Shown here: in pieces, positions 19,694 through 29,652 of the stretch | How the letters are laid out: each line of letters opens with the position of its first letter | How positions within the stretch are numbered: the first letter of the stretch is position 1 | Notes under the pieces: model-generated | Told to the model about the DNA's origin: nothing | Database searches by the model: none | The model's input: only the letters and a program-made list of their open reading frames with translations | Source of the DNA: an uncultured Pelagibacteraceae bacterium | Lineage (GTDB): Bacteria > Pseudomonadota > Alphaproteobacteria > Pelagibacterales > Pelagibacteraceae | Assembly (NCBI GenBank): GCA_902590395.1 | Contig: CACIWQ010000003.1 | Coordinates: 21,173 to 85,172 of the forward strand | Length of the DNA: 64,000 nucleotides | Reading direction: 5' to 3' | Position numbers and translations under genes: made by a program

Positions 19694-20283
19694 AGATCTT
19701 TTTCTTTAGGAATTTTGAAAAAACTATCTTCAATTATTGGATTTATTTCCAAATTAATAATTTTAAAGCTAACATTATTAGAATAAGCATCTTGCGTTTG
19801 CCAACCTTTAAGTTCAAGTGTATTGCTGTCAAAGAATATTTTTACTTTGTTTGAGTTTTTTTCAATAATTTCAAATTCAATCAGATTTGAATCTACATAA
19901 GTAGGTTTGTTATTCTTAATCAAATTAAGAATATTATCTTTTTTTAAGATTATATATAAAGGGGTAGATTTTAAAGGATAGTAATAAATTTTTTTATATT
20001 TTTTTTTTATTACTGCTACTGTTTTTCCATTTGAAATTATGCTTTTTTTTTTAATATCTTCATAATCACATTTCATGAGTAAAGGGTATTTTATTAAACA
20101 GTTTCCTATTTCTTCATTTTTTGCAATTTTTTGTATAAAATCAAAAGATATAGTTTTAGTATTTTTTAATTTATTAAATAATTTTTCTTGCAAATTAGCA
20201 TAGGAATTAGCTGTTAAAAAAAAAAACAAAAAAACAGATGCAGTAACTAAATGTAAATTAAAGTATTTCTCTTTTTCCAACAT
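19690..20283 (-). CDS. lolA: LolA-like outer-membrane lipoprotein carrier protein
   Basis: Signal peptide (VFLFFFLTANSYA), size, and position immediately downstream of ftsK (ftsK-lolA synteny). Motif-level similarity is weak. Confidence 0.6.
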   Translation of the reverse strand: MLEKEKYFNLHLVTASVFLFFFLTANSYANLQEKLFNKLKNTKTISFDFIQKIAKNEEIGNCLIKYPLLMKCDYEDIKKKSIISNGKTVAVIKKKYKKIYYYPLKSTPLYIILKKDNILNLIKNNKPTYVDSNLIEFEIIEKNSNKVKIFFDSNTLELKGWQTQDAYSNNVSFKIINLEINPIIEDSFFKIPKEKDL

Positions 20284-22372
20284 GATTTGCTTTTCCTACA
20301 ATACCTTCTTTTTCCATCATTTCCATTATTCTTGCAGCACGATTATATCCAATCTGCAATTTTCTTTGCAAAAAACTTGTTGATGCCTTTTTTTCTAGTT
20401 TTATTATTTCTAAAGCTCGAAAGTATAATTCATCCTTTTCATCATTGTTATCAGTATTGCCAGTTTTGTCTGTGTCTTTTATTAATGTAATTTCATCAAT
20501 ATAATCAGGTTTTCCTTGAGACCTTAAAAAACTATTAACTTTTTCTATTTCCGATTCAGAAACATAAGGACCGTGAATTCTTATTATTTTATTGGCAGAT
20601 GACATAAATAACATATCGCCTTTACCCAGTAATTGTTCAGCTCCCTGCTCACCTAAAATTGTTCTGCTATCAATTTTTGAACTTACTTGAAATGAAATTC
20701 GAGTGGGAAAATTAGCCTTAATAGTTCCAGTTATAACATCAACACTTGGTCTCTGTGTTGCCATTATTATATGAATCCCTGCAGCTCTGGCCATTTGTGA
20801 TAATCTTTGTATATAGTTTTCTATTTCTTTACCCGCAATTAACATTAGGTCAGACATTTCATCTACAATTACTACAATGTATGGCATATGCTTTTTATTT
20901 TTAGCATTATACCCATCTATATTTTTTACTCCTACGCTAGTCATCAACTTATATCTGCTTTCCATTTCTTTTACTGCCCATCCTAATGCAGCAGTAGCTT
21001 TTTTGGGCTCTGTAATTACCGGGCACAATAAATGTGGTATGCCTTCATAAGCAGAGAGCTCTAACATTTTTGGATCAATTAAAATTAAATTACACTTTTC
21101 TGGAGGGTACTTGTAAAGCAAAGATAAAATTATAGTATTAATGCAAACAGATTTTCCAGAACCAGTAGTTCCAGCTATTAATAAATGAGGCATAGCAGAA
21201 AGATCACCTATAACAGGAAGTCCTGAAATACTTTTACCTAAAGCTACCGGTAATTTGATTTCTTTTTTATTAAATTTTTCAGCAGAAATAATTTCGTTTA
21301 AAAATACATTTTCCCTTTTCGAATTAGGAATTTCTATACCAATAGTTGTTTTTCCTGGAATTATTGCTACCCTTGCTGATACTGAACTCGTATTTCTCGC
21401 TATGTCATCTGATAAATTAACTATCTTTGAAACTTTTACACCAGATGCTGGTTCAAATTCATTTAAAGTAACCACAGGACCTGAACTGATTCTTTTAATT
21501 TTGCCCTCAACACCAAAATCAAGTAAAATTTTTTCTAAAAATTCGGCATTTTTATTTAATTCAGAATCGTTCATTCTTTTTTTATTTGTTAAGTCAGGAT
21601 TTCTTTCTAAAAATTTAATTGTAGGTAATTTAAAATTATTCGAAATTTTAACTTCTTTTCCCATTTTAAGTGGTAAAATCGGTTGAGTTTCCTTTATAAA
21701 GCTTGAAGAGGATTCTTTATTTTCTATGTTTAAATTCTGGTTGTCTGAATCTGCTCCAACACTTTTCTTTCCAATTGTAATACTGATCAATTTCTTTATT
21801 AAAATGTAAGGTAAAAGCAAGATTTTAATGATTTCTTTTATTTTTAAATCTAGGCTTAAAATAAATGATACAATTGTTATAAATAAAAAGGAAAAAAATA
21901 TATAATAATTTTCATTAAAATCTATAATTGCGTAAATATTTTCTTTTATCAGTCTGCCAATAAATCCTCCATTACCATTAGCAATTAACCAAAAAGATTC
22001 ATAATAAAAAATATTTATGAAGGTTGTACCAAATATTATGTAGATTAATGTAAAAAAAACTTTTGATATAAAAATGTTAATTCTTTTTTCATATACTAAC
22101 TTGAACCCCCAATAAAAAAAATTTAAAATTATAAGAAATGAAATAAGCCCTATTGATTGGAGGAGAAAATCTGAAGTAACACTTCCATAAAATCCACCAA
22201 AATTTTCTATTTTAACACTATCCGGAGAATATATGAAATTAGGGTCACTAGGAGTGTAACTTATAATTGAAAGCAAAAGAAAAATGCCGCATAACATGAG
22301 CAAAATTCCAGTTAATTCAATCAATCTATTTTTAAAAAAGCTGTTAATCTTTACTAAAATTTGAGAATTCAT
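20258..22372 (-). CDS. ftsK: DNA translocase FtsK
   Basis: N-terminal multi-TM domain, Walker A IAGTTGSGKSVCIN, VVIVDEMSDLM, C-terminal gamma winged helix (STSFLQRKLQIGYNRAARIME). Confidence 0.96.
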   Translation of the reverse strand: MNSQILVKINSFFKNRLIELTGILLMLCGIFLLLSIISYTPSDPNFIYSPDSVKIENFGGFYGSVTSDFLLQSIGLISFLIILNFFYWGFKLVYEKRINIFISKVFFTLIYIIFGTTFINIFYYESFWLIANGNGGFIGRLIKENIYAIIDFNENYYIFFSFLFITIVSFILSLDLKIKEIIKILLLPYILIKKLISITIGKKSVGADSDNQNLNIENKESSSSFIKETQPILPLKMGKEVKISNNFKLPTIKFLERNPDLTNKKRMNDSELNKNAEFLEKILLDFGVEGKIKRISSGPVVTLNEFEPASGVKVSKIVNLSDDIARNTSSVSARVAIIPGKTTIGIEIPNSKRENVFLNEIISAEKFNKKEIKLPVALGKSISGLPVIGDLSAMPHLLIAGTTGSGKSVCINTIILSLLYKYPPEKCNLILIDPKMLELSAYEGIPHLLCPVITEPKKATAALGWAVKEMESRYKLMTSVGVKNIDGYNAKNKKHMPYIVVIVDEMSDLMLIAGKEIENYIQRLSQMARAAGIHIIMATQRPSVDVITGTIKANFPTRISFQVSSKIDSRTILGEQGAEQLLGKGDMLFMSSANKIIRIHGPYVSESEIEKVNSFLRSQGKPDYIDEITLIKDTDKTGNTDNNDEKDELYFRALEIIKLEKKASTSFLQRKLQIGYNRAARIMEMMEKEGIVGKANHVGKREIL

Positions 22373-22448
22373 ATTTTTTTCAAATCAATTAATTAACTTT
22401 GTATCATTTATTAATAATTGTTAAAATTAATTAATAAAAAATAAAAAC

Positions 22449-23624
22449 ATGGAAAAACAAAAAGTATGTATTGTTGGAGGTGGTCTGACCGGTCTTATAA
22501 CAGCTATAGCTCTTTCAAAACTTAATTTAAAGATAGATCTAGTAACTGGTAATATTGAAAAAAATCTAAAATCCAATAGAACAGTTGCAATTTCTCAGAA
22601 TAACTATGATTTTTTAAAAAAACTAAATATTTTCAAGTTTCACCAAAAGGAATTTTGGCCCAGCTCAAAAATGCAATTATATACAATTGAAAAGAAAGAA
22701 AAATTTCATGAAATATTTGAAATAGACAATAAAGAGAGATCAAAAAAACAAATCTTATATATGATTGAAAACTCAAAAATTATGCAAGGCATGTTTAATT
22801 ATGTTAAGGCCAATAGTTCAATTACTTTAAAATCCAAAAAAATTATTTCTAGTATAACCTCAAATGGTCTACTAAAAAGTGTTAAATATAAAAATTCAGA
22901 AAATTCAAAATATCATTTAGTAATTATTTGCACGGGACACAATTCTGATTTAGTCAAAGAATTATTTCATAACCAGTCTATTGAAAAATCGTATGAAGAA
23001 GTATCTATAACTACAACTTTAGGCCATGACTCAATAAAAAATAATACCGCAAGACAAATTTTTTCAGGCAATGAAATTATTGCTTTTCTTCCAATTTCAA
23101 ATAAAAAAACATCTATAGTTTGGACAATCAAAAAAGATGCGATGTATAAATTAAATAAAAGTTCGATGTTTAAAAAAAAAATAAAATTTTATGCAGAATA
23201 TTTTTTTAAAAATATAAAATTTTTAACAACCATGGAACAAAAAAAAGTAAATTTATTAATAAGACAAAAATATTATCAAGATAGGATTCTTTTATTTGGG
23301 GACTCATTACATGTAGTTCATCCATTGGCCGGCCAAGGACTTAATATGATCTTAAGAGATTTAATAAATTTAGAAAAAACATTAAAAAATAAAACTACTT
23401 TGGGATTAGATATTGGTAGTCCGGATGTTCTAGAAGAATTTACAAAGGAAGCAAAACCAAGAAATTTTGCATATGCCCTGGGCATTGATCTTATTAGAAA
23501 TACTTTTTTATTTGAGAAAAAAAATTTTAAAATTTTAAGAAATAAAATTATATCTAAAGCAAATAAAAGTAATTTTACAAAAGATTTATTTTATAATATT
23601 GCTGATGAGGGACTAAAATTATAA
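22449..23624 (+). CDS. UbiH/UbiF/Coq6-family FAD-dependent monooxygenase
   Basis: KVCIVGGGLTGL dinucleotide fold and LFGDSLHVVHPLAGQGLNMILRD fingerprint. Confidence 0.75.
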   Translation: MEKQKVCIVGGGLTGLITAIALSKLNLKIDLVTGNIEKNLKSNRTVAISQNNYDFLKKLNIFKFHQKEFWPSSKMQLYTIEKKEKFHEIFEIDNKERSKKQILYMIENSKIMQGMFNYVKANSSITLKSKKIISSITSNGLLKSVKYKNSENSKYHLVIICTGHNSDLVKELFHNQSIEKSYEEVSITTTLGHDSIKNNTARQIFSGNEIIAFLPISNKKTSIVWTIKKDAMYKLNKSSMFKKKIKFYAEYFFKNIKFLTTMEQKKVNLLIRQKYYQDRILLFGDSLHVVHPLAGQGLNMILRDLINLEKTLKNKTTLGLDIGSPDVLEEFTKEAKPRNFAYALGIDLIRNTFLFEKKNFKILRNKIISKANKSNFTKDLFYNIADEGLKL

Positions 23625-24605
23625 ATGAATTTAATAATATATATTTTAAAGAAGTTGCGTGTTATTTTTAAATCACTGGGTAAGCGCGAGCACAAGATAA
23701 ATAATTATATAAAATATTTATATTGGAAAAAAAGAAATGATCTTTCTAATTTAGAATATGATGACACCAAAAATAATCAAACATTACCTGAAAAATTAGC
23801 AATATGCGTTACATTTTTTTATAACGAAGAAAAAATTAATATATTAAAAAAAGTTTGTAAAGAATTTACTAATCTTGCCAATACAATAGATGTAACTATT
23901 ATTACTAACGAAAGTACTGAGGAAAAAATTGTAAAATTAAAAAAAAATTTAGAAGACGTTTTAAAAAATTTTAATATTCATTCAGCAAAAGATTTACAAC
24001 ATCCAAAATTTTTACCGTGGTCACATCTTGTAATAATGAGAAAAAAAATAATTGATGATAGTTTTACCCATTTTTTATATTTAGAGGATGATATCAAGGT
24101 AACAAAAGAAAACATAATCTATTGGACAAATGCAAGAAATGCATTAAGAAAATATAATTTAATCCCATCTTTTGTAAGAATTGAAACAAATTTTCAAGAT
24201 AAGGAAATTTACGTTGTCGATTCTACCAAAAAAAATAATTTTAAAAAACAACCGAAAATCATAGCGAAAAAAAAAGATATCGCATTTGTGAATATGATTT
24301 TTCCACACCAACCTATTTATTTTTATGATAGGGAGCTAATGAATGAATATTTTAATGGACCGGCCAAGGACCCAGATTTTGCAATTTTAACTGCAAAAGA
24401 TCACTATCAAGGTATTGTTGAAAGACTTGATTTGATGTTGACATATCACAACGTACCTAAAGGGTTTTTACATAGGGCAGCTACTCCTGTAGATATAAAA
24501 AATAAAATTATAAAAAATTATTGTTTAGTCGAGCACTTATCAAACAAATATGCAAACCAAGAATCGCAATTTTCAGTAATTAAAGTTAAGGAACTATTTT
24601 TTTAA
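23625..24605 (+). CDS. hypothetical protein, possibly a GT-A-fold glycosyltransferase
   Basis: LAICVTFFYNEEK beta-strand start and FLYLEDDIKV (DxD-like EDD) resemble GT-A nucleotide-sugar transferases. I recognise no family. The ATG directly abuts the upstream stop. Confidence 0.35.
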   Translation: MNLIIYILKKLRVIFKSLGKREHKINNYIKYLYWKKRNDLSNLEYDDTKNNQTLPEKLAICVTFFYNEEKINILKKVCKEFTNLANTIDVTIITNESTEEKIVKLKKNLEDVLKNFNIHSAKDLQHPKFLPWSHLVIMRKKIIDDSFTHFLYLEDDIKVTKENIIYWTNARNALRKYNLIPSFVRIETNFQDKEIYVVDSTKKNNFKKQPKIIAKKKDIAFVNMIFPHQPIYFYDRELMNEYFNGPAKDPDFAILTAKDHYQGIVERLDLMLTYHNVPKGFLHRAATPVDIKNKIIKNYCLVEHLSNKYANQESQFSVIKVKELFF

Positions 24606-24609
24606 TAAT

Positions 24610-25011
24610 TTAGTCCAACAAAGGTGTTCTTTTTTGAATCTTGAGTTTAATTTTTAATTTAATTTTGTCAGTACGAATTTGATTTTGAATTTCTTGAATT
24701 TGATCTACAATTTCGTAGTACTTGCTATTTAAATTTTTACTTAATTTATTTTTTCGTTTCTGTAATTTATTTAGCTTGTCGTAATAAATTTCATCACATT
24801 TAAGATCATCTACCCAAAGCAATTTTTTTATTTTATTAGAATCTTTTGTAAAATAAATTATTTGTTCCTTGCACCCTCGGCAACTAAATTTTTTTTTAAT
24901 AATCCAACCTTCGAAACTTTTGTATGGGTTTTCTAAGTTTTCATTTTTAATGCCCATAAGGTTTGCTGTGCCACAACACGGACATCTTTTTATCTGCGGA
25001 AAACTTATCAT
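24610..25011 (-). CDS. hypothetical zinc-ribbon plus coiled-coil protein
   Basis: CPCCG...CRGC (CxxC x2) N-terminal ribbon and a K/Q-rich heptad-like C-terminus. Strong SD GGGAGGAG 7 nt upstream of the ATG. Confidence 0.6.
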   Translation of the reverse strand: MISFPQIKRCPCCGTANLMGIKNENLENPYKSFEGWIIKKKFSCRGCKEQIIYFTKDSNKIKKLLWVDDLKCDEIYYDKLNKLQKRKNKLSKNLNSKYYEIVDQIQEIQNQIRTDKIKLKIKLKIQKRTPLLD

Positions 25012-25140
25012 GCTACTGCTCCTCCCTCAAAGAACTTAGCCATAGCCATTACAAACCAATTTTAGTAAATTCGCAAGGTCTATTAATGCTTGTATTAATA
25101 GGTAAATTCAAGATTCAATTAAAGATGTAATAAATAAATT

Positions 25141-25959
25141 ATGATTTTATGGATTTCATCATATCCCAAAAGCGGCAACACATGGATTAGATCTTTGATT
25201 TCAACATATCTTTACTCTGACAAAGGAGAGTTTAAATTTGATTTATTATTTAATATACCAAAGTTTATTCAAGAGAAATATATAGCACCGGTTATCGAAT
25301 TAGATAAGTTAATAAAAAATCCGCTGAAAATTAGCGAATATTGGGAAAGTGCACAATTAAGAATTAATTTGGAACCAGGAATAAAATTTTTTAAAACTCA
25401 TAATGCTTGCGTAGCTCATAACAACAAATGGTTTACAGATGAAAGAAATACTATTGGATATATTTATATTGTTAGAGATCCAAGAGCGGTAGCTTGCTCA
25501 TTAGCTTATCATTCTAATGCTTCTATAGAAACTTCAGTAAATGATATATTAAATGATAATCAAGTGGGCTATAACGGCCCACATAAACTAGCTGAAATAT
25601 CTAGCTCATGGAAAATAAATTATCTATCTTGGAAAAAGAAAAAAAAATTTGATGGTATTTTAATTAAATATGAGGATTTAATTGATGATACCGAGAAAGA
25701 GTTTACAAAAATTATAAAATATTTAAAAAATATTATGAATATTGAAATAAATGAAAAAAAAATTTCTAAATGTTTAGATTCTTGTAAATTTTCAAAGCTA
25801 AGAGAAATGGAAGATATGTATGGTTTCAGTGAAGCTACAAACAACAAATTTTTTAGAATTGGTAGTAAGGATAGTTGGAAAAATGAATTAAGCGACAATT
25901 TAAGGAGAAAAATTGAAGCAAATTTAAAAGATGAAATGTTTGAGTTAGGGTACTTATAA
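25141..25959 (+). CDS. PAPS-dependent sulfotransferase (cytosolic-SULT-like)
   Basis: 5'-PSB loop SSYPKSGNTWIRSLI and 3'-PB motif IVRDPRAVACSLAYH. Confidence 0.8.
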   Translation: MILWISSYPKSGNTWIRSLISTYLYSDKGEFKFDLLFNIPKFIQEKYIAPVIELDKLIKNPLKISEYWESAQLRINLEPGIKFFKTHNACVAHNNKWFTDERNTIGYIYIVRDPRAVACSLAYHSNASIETSVNDILNDNQVGYNGPHKLAEISSSWKINYLSWKKKKKFDGILIKYEDLIDDTEKEFTKIIKYLKNIMNIEINEKKISKCLDSCKFSKLREMEDMYGFSEATNNKFFRIGSKDSWKNELSDNLRRKIEANLKDEMFELGYL

Positions 25960-26014
25960 ATATTATATTTCTTGATTTTGAAAAAACTTTATATGATAAT
26001 GTTTTTTTTTAAAA

Positions 26015-26089
26015 GCGGGAGTAGCTCAGTGGTAGAGCGAAACGTTGCCAACGTTTAGGTCGAGGGTTCAATTCCCTTCTCCCGCTCCA
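26015..26089 (+). tRNA. tRNA-Gly (anticodon GCC), CCA encoded
   Basis: Hand-folded cloverleaf. Acceptor GCGGGAG/CTCCCGC, D arm GCTC-AGTGGTA-GAGC, anticodon arm AACGT-TGCCAAC-ACGTT (5 bp stem, 7-nt loop) with anticodon GCC, T arm GAGGG-TTCAATT-CCCTT, discriminator T, CCA. Confidence 0.95.
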
Positions 26090-26109
26090 ATATTAGGTAG
26101 TAAATAATT

Positions 26110-26451
26110 ATGAGCGATCTAGACCAAAAAAATTGTATACCTTGCCGTGGAGGTGTGCCGCCCTTCGATATAGCTGAAATACATAAATATTTAAAAAAAG
26201 TGGATGGATGGGATGTCAAAAAAAATAGTGAGGAAAATTATTTTTTAGAAAAAGATTTTAAATTTACAAATTTTTCCGAAAGTCAAAAATTCATAAATAA
26301 TGTTGGTAATCTTGCTGAGGAACAAGGACATCATCCTGATATTATCTTCGGTTGGGGGTATGCGAAGATAAAAATCTTTACACACAAAATTCAAGGACTG
26401 GTTGAAAGCGATTTTATTTTAGCTGCAAAAATTGATAAAATTAAAATTTAA
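26110..26451 (+). CDS. phhB: pterin-4-alpha-carbinolamine dehydratase
   Basis: LAEEQGHHPDIIFGWGYAKIKIFTH signature. Confidence 0.88.
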   Translation: MSDLDQKNCIPCRGGVPPFDIAEIHKYLKKVDGWDVKKNSEENYFLEKDFKFTNFSESQKFINNVGNLAEEQGHHPDIIFGWGYAKIKIFTHKIQGLVESDFILAAKIDKIKI

Positions 26452-27989
26452 TGTTTGAAATGGCGAGTTCCAGTGAAAGCCATAACTATTTTTGCTTTAT
26501 TTGCTGCCTTAATAACTTTGGCATCATTTATTGAACCGCCCGGCTGGATAATTGCACTTACACCTAAATCAATTAATTCTTGAACTCCATCTGCAAATGG
26601 GAAAAAAGCATCAGAGGCAGCCACCGAATTTGCTATTTTGTCTGGTGAAAACCTAGACGCTTTGTCAGAAGCTATTCTACAACTATCTAATCTACTTGGC
26701 TGACCTGATCCTATTCCTATGGTTGATTTGTTTTTTACTAAAACAATTGCGTTAGATTTTACGAATTTACAAATATTAAATGCAAATTTTAAACTTTTCA
26801 TTTCATTAACAGTTGGTTTCTTTTTTGTAACTATCTTAAATTTTTTTTCATAAATAATTTTGTTTATATCTTGCACTAAAAAAGAATTACCAAAAAATTG
26901 ATAATGTTCATTATGTGACGATTTAAATTTATTGAAATCAATCAATCTTACATTTTTATTTTTTTTTAATATTATTAAAGCATCTTTTTTAAATCCCCTA
27001 GACAAAATTATTTCGAAAAAAGTTTTGCTTAATTCCAATGCTAGTTTTTTTGAAACAATTGAGTTAATTACAACTACACCACCAAATGCACTTATAGGGT
27101 CGCACGCTAAAGCATCGATAAAGGATCGAAGTTGATCTTTATCTGATGACACACCACAAGGATTGGCATGTTTGATAATAACAACCCCTTCATTTTTTTT
27201 AAAAGAATTTATAACATCCAATCCAGAATAAATATCATTATAATTATTATAGCTTAATTCTTTTCCATGTAATTTTTCTAAACCTATATTATTTGTAACA
27301 CCATATAAGCTTCCTTGCTGGTGGGGATTCTCTCCGTAACGAAGTTTATTTACAAAGTTTCCATGTATAGTTTTTTTTTCGGGAAATTTTATTTTTAATC
27401 TTTCATTAAGCCAATTTGATATTATAGAATCATAATAAGCTGTTAAACTAAATGCTTTAGCAGACATTTTTTTTCTAAATTCTAAAGAAGTATTACCTTT
27501 ATTTATTTTTAGTTCATTTGCTAGGTATCTATAATCATCAATATTAGAGATAACTGTTACATCATTAAAATTTTTTGCTGCGGCTCTGATTAAAGCTGAT
27601 CCGCCAATATCTATATATTCTATTAATTTTTTAAACTTAATTTTTTCATTTAATTGTTTTTCAAATGGATATAAATCTACAATTACAAGATCTATATTTG
27701 ATATATGTCTTTTTTTTAAATCATTTCTATGTTTTTTATTTTTTCTAATATTTAATATTCCTGCAAAAATTTTTGGGTGTAATGTTTTTACTCTACCGTC
27801 TAAAATCTCAGCAAAACCAGTATAATTTGAAACTTGAAGAGACTTATAGTTCATGTCGATGATTTTCTTGTAAGAACCACCTGAACTTATGATCTCAATG
27901 TTAAATTTTTTCAAAATAGGAAGTAAAAGTTTAAGATTTGATTTATTAGAAACTGATATGATAGCTCGAGTAATTTTTTTATTTTTCAT
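26448..27989 (-). CDS. purH: bifunctional AICAR transformylase / IMP cyclohydrolase
   Basis: RAIISVSNKSNL, GRVKTLHPKI, IIKHANPCG, AIIQPGGS. Confidence 0.96.
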   Translation of the reverse strand: MKNKKITRAIISVSNKSNLKLLLPILKKFNIEIISSGGSYKKIIDMNYKSLQVSNYTGFAEILDGRVKTLHPKIFAGILNIRKNKKHRNDLKKRHISNIDLVIVDLYPFEKQLNEKIKFKKLIEYIDIGGSALIRAAAKNFNDVTVISNIDDYRYLANELKINKGNTSLEFRKKMSAKAFSLTAYYDSIISNWLNERLKIKFPEKKTIHGNFVNKLRYGENPHQQGSLYGVTNNIGLEKLHGKELSYNNYNDIYSGLDVINSFKKNEGVVIIKHANPCGVSSDKDQLRSFIDALACDPISAFGGVVVINSIVSKKLALELSKTFFEIILSRGFKKDALIILKKNKNVRLIDFNKFKSSHNEHYQFFGNSFLVQDINKIIYEKKFKIVTKKKPTVNEMKSLKFAFNICKFVKSNAIVLVKNKSTIGIGSGQPSRLDSCRIASDKASRFSPDKIANSVAASDAFFPFADGVQELIDLGVSAIIQPGGSINDAKVIKAANKAKIVMAFTGTRHFKH

Positions 27990-27993
27990 ATTA

Positions 27994-29649
27994 TTAATTT
28001 ACTCTTTCAATTGACCAATTTACAGAAATAACTTTTTCATTTACATAACCTGAAATCGAAATTGATTCATTATTTATGATTTTATTTTTATTTCCAAGGA
28101 AAATATTTTTTTCTATTTCTAGATTTTTTGTACTACTGTTAAGTAACCAGCCATCTCCATTAGGCAAACTAATCAATATTGAATTTTTTGCCTTAGTTTT
28201 TACAACTTTTATATTGGGACAAATATGGAATCTTATGAAATATACTAAAGGACCAGAATAATTTTTTGTTTTTTTTAACTCATCATTACCAAAAATTTTG
28301 TCATCTTTTTTCATAATTTTTATTGAACGTGAATGAATATAACCAAATTTTTTTTCATATCCATTGTGGGATGCTGCGATAAGGTAAAAATCTTTATTTT
28401 CAGTATAATTTTTACTGGTTATTTTGTGTTTATGTAACAATGAGCTTCCATATATTTTTGTTATGAACTTATTTTTTTGAAAAATACATGAAGAAGTATC
28501 ATTTAAATATAAAGTTGAATGAGCTGCAGTAGAGCGACTTAAAGAAGTCAATTTAGGTGAAAAATATTTACCAAATCCAGTATTACATATTATTTTTTGT
28601 TTGTTAGAAAAAAGCTCAAATGCTAAACAGCCAGCCTGATAATTTTTTGCAAAATTATTTGAAGGTGGATTCCCACAATCAATAATAAATTCTAATTTTT
28701 TTTTTTTTATTTTAATAAAATCTGATATTTCATTTTTTTTTTCTACAAACTTATATTTTAAAGTTTTTAAAAATGTGTCATATTCTTTAAGATTTATTTC
28801 TGTTGCACCATTAAATAAAGGAAATTGCTTATTAAAACATGATAGCATAGCATAACAGTTTCCACATTTACTTATAATATCATTTAGAAATTCTGGAATT
28901 GGTTTTTGTGACTCTTTAAACCATTCTCTTATAAGAATTAAATATTTGATACAAATAAAAACTTCTTCAGGATTTCTTGAATATGGAAAACCTTCTTTAT
29001 CAAAATAATTTTTTATTACTCTTTCTAATTCTCTACATCCTATTTTATAATTCAAATCGTTTTCTTTAAAAATAATTCCTGATAATATAATTGCAGAACA
29101 ACAAATTATTTTAGTCGAATTATCATGAATACTATTTATATTTTTTAGAAGAAAATTTGATTGTTTTACCAAACTTAAAAAAAATTTTTCTTTATAATCT
29201 TTATTAGAATTTTCTAAAGTGATGTCAGTATTTGAAACCCAGGCAATAATTCTTTTTGCTGTAGTTTCCAATTCCCATGAATATGGTTCATAATTAAAAA
29301 AATTATTTATCCAACTATTAATAATATCTTTTGTAATATCTCGGCTATTTTTTCTATCCAATTTTGTTAACCAGAGGAAACTATGTAAATTTTCAAATTT
29401 TTGTTTATCTTTTAAATTTGTTTTCCAAATTAGTTCAGTAGATATATTAGTTACATTGTAAAAGTCACTGCTGATATTTGTCAAAGAAGCACTTAAATAT
29501 GAACTTGGACTATAAAAAATTCTTGAAGGAATAAATGTTATTAATTTTTTGTTGTAAAAATTACTTTTTAAATAATAATTTTTAATACTTAAAAAAGATA
29601 ACTTAAGAATAGAAAAAAAGTATAGTTTGATACTTTTTACTCTATACAT
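27994..29649 (-). CDS. heparinase II/III-like family protein
   Basis: C-terminal block GCLAFELFSNKQKIICNTG...RSTAAHSTLYLNDTS resembles the Hepar_II_III domain. Conserved purH-adjacent position in alphaproteobacteria (from memory). Confidence 0.55.
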   Translation of the reverse strand: MYRVKSIKLYFFSILKLSFLSIKNYYLKSNFYNKKLITFIPSRIFYSPSSYLSASLTNISSDFYNVTNISTELIWKTNLKDKQKFENLHSFLWLTKLDRKNSRDITKDIINSWINNFFNYEPYSWELETTAKRIIAWVSNTDITLENSNKDYKEKFFLSLVKQSNFLLKNINSIHDNSTKIICCSAIILSGIIFKENDLNYKIGCRELERVIKNYFDKEGFPYSRNPEEVFICIKYLILIREWFKESQKPIPEFLNDIISKCGNCYAMLSCFNKQFPLFNGATEINLKEYDTFLKTLKYKFVEKKNEISDFIKIKKKKLEFIIDCGNPPSNNFAKNYQAGCLAFELFSNKQKIICNTGFGKYFSPKLTSLSRSTAAHSTLYLNDTSSCIFQKNKFITKIYGSSLLHKHKITSKNYTENKDFYLIAASHNGYEKKFGYIHSRSIKIMKKDDKIFGNDELKKTKNYSGPLVYFIRFHICPNIKVVKTKAKNSILISLPNGDGWLLNSSTKNLEIEKNIFLGNKNKIINNESISISGYVNEKVISVNWSIERVN

Positions 29650-29652
29650 TAT

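Noticed and set aside
21255-21686. 143-aa ORF antisense to ftsK
   Set aside because: Shadow ORF within the conserved FtsK motor domain. No recognisable motifs.
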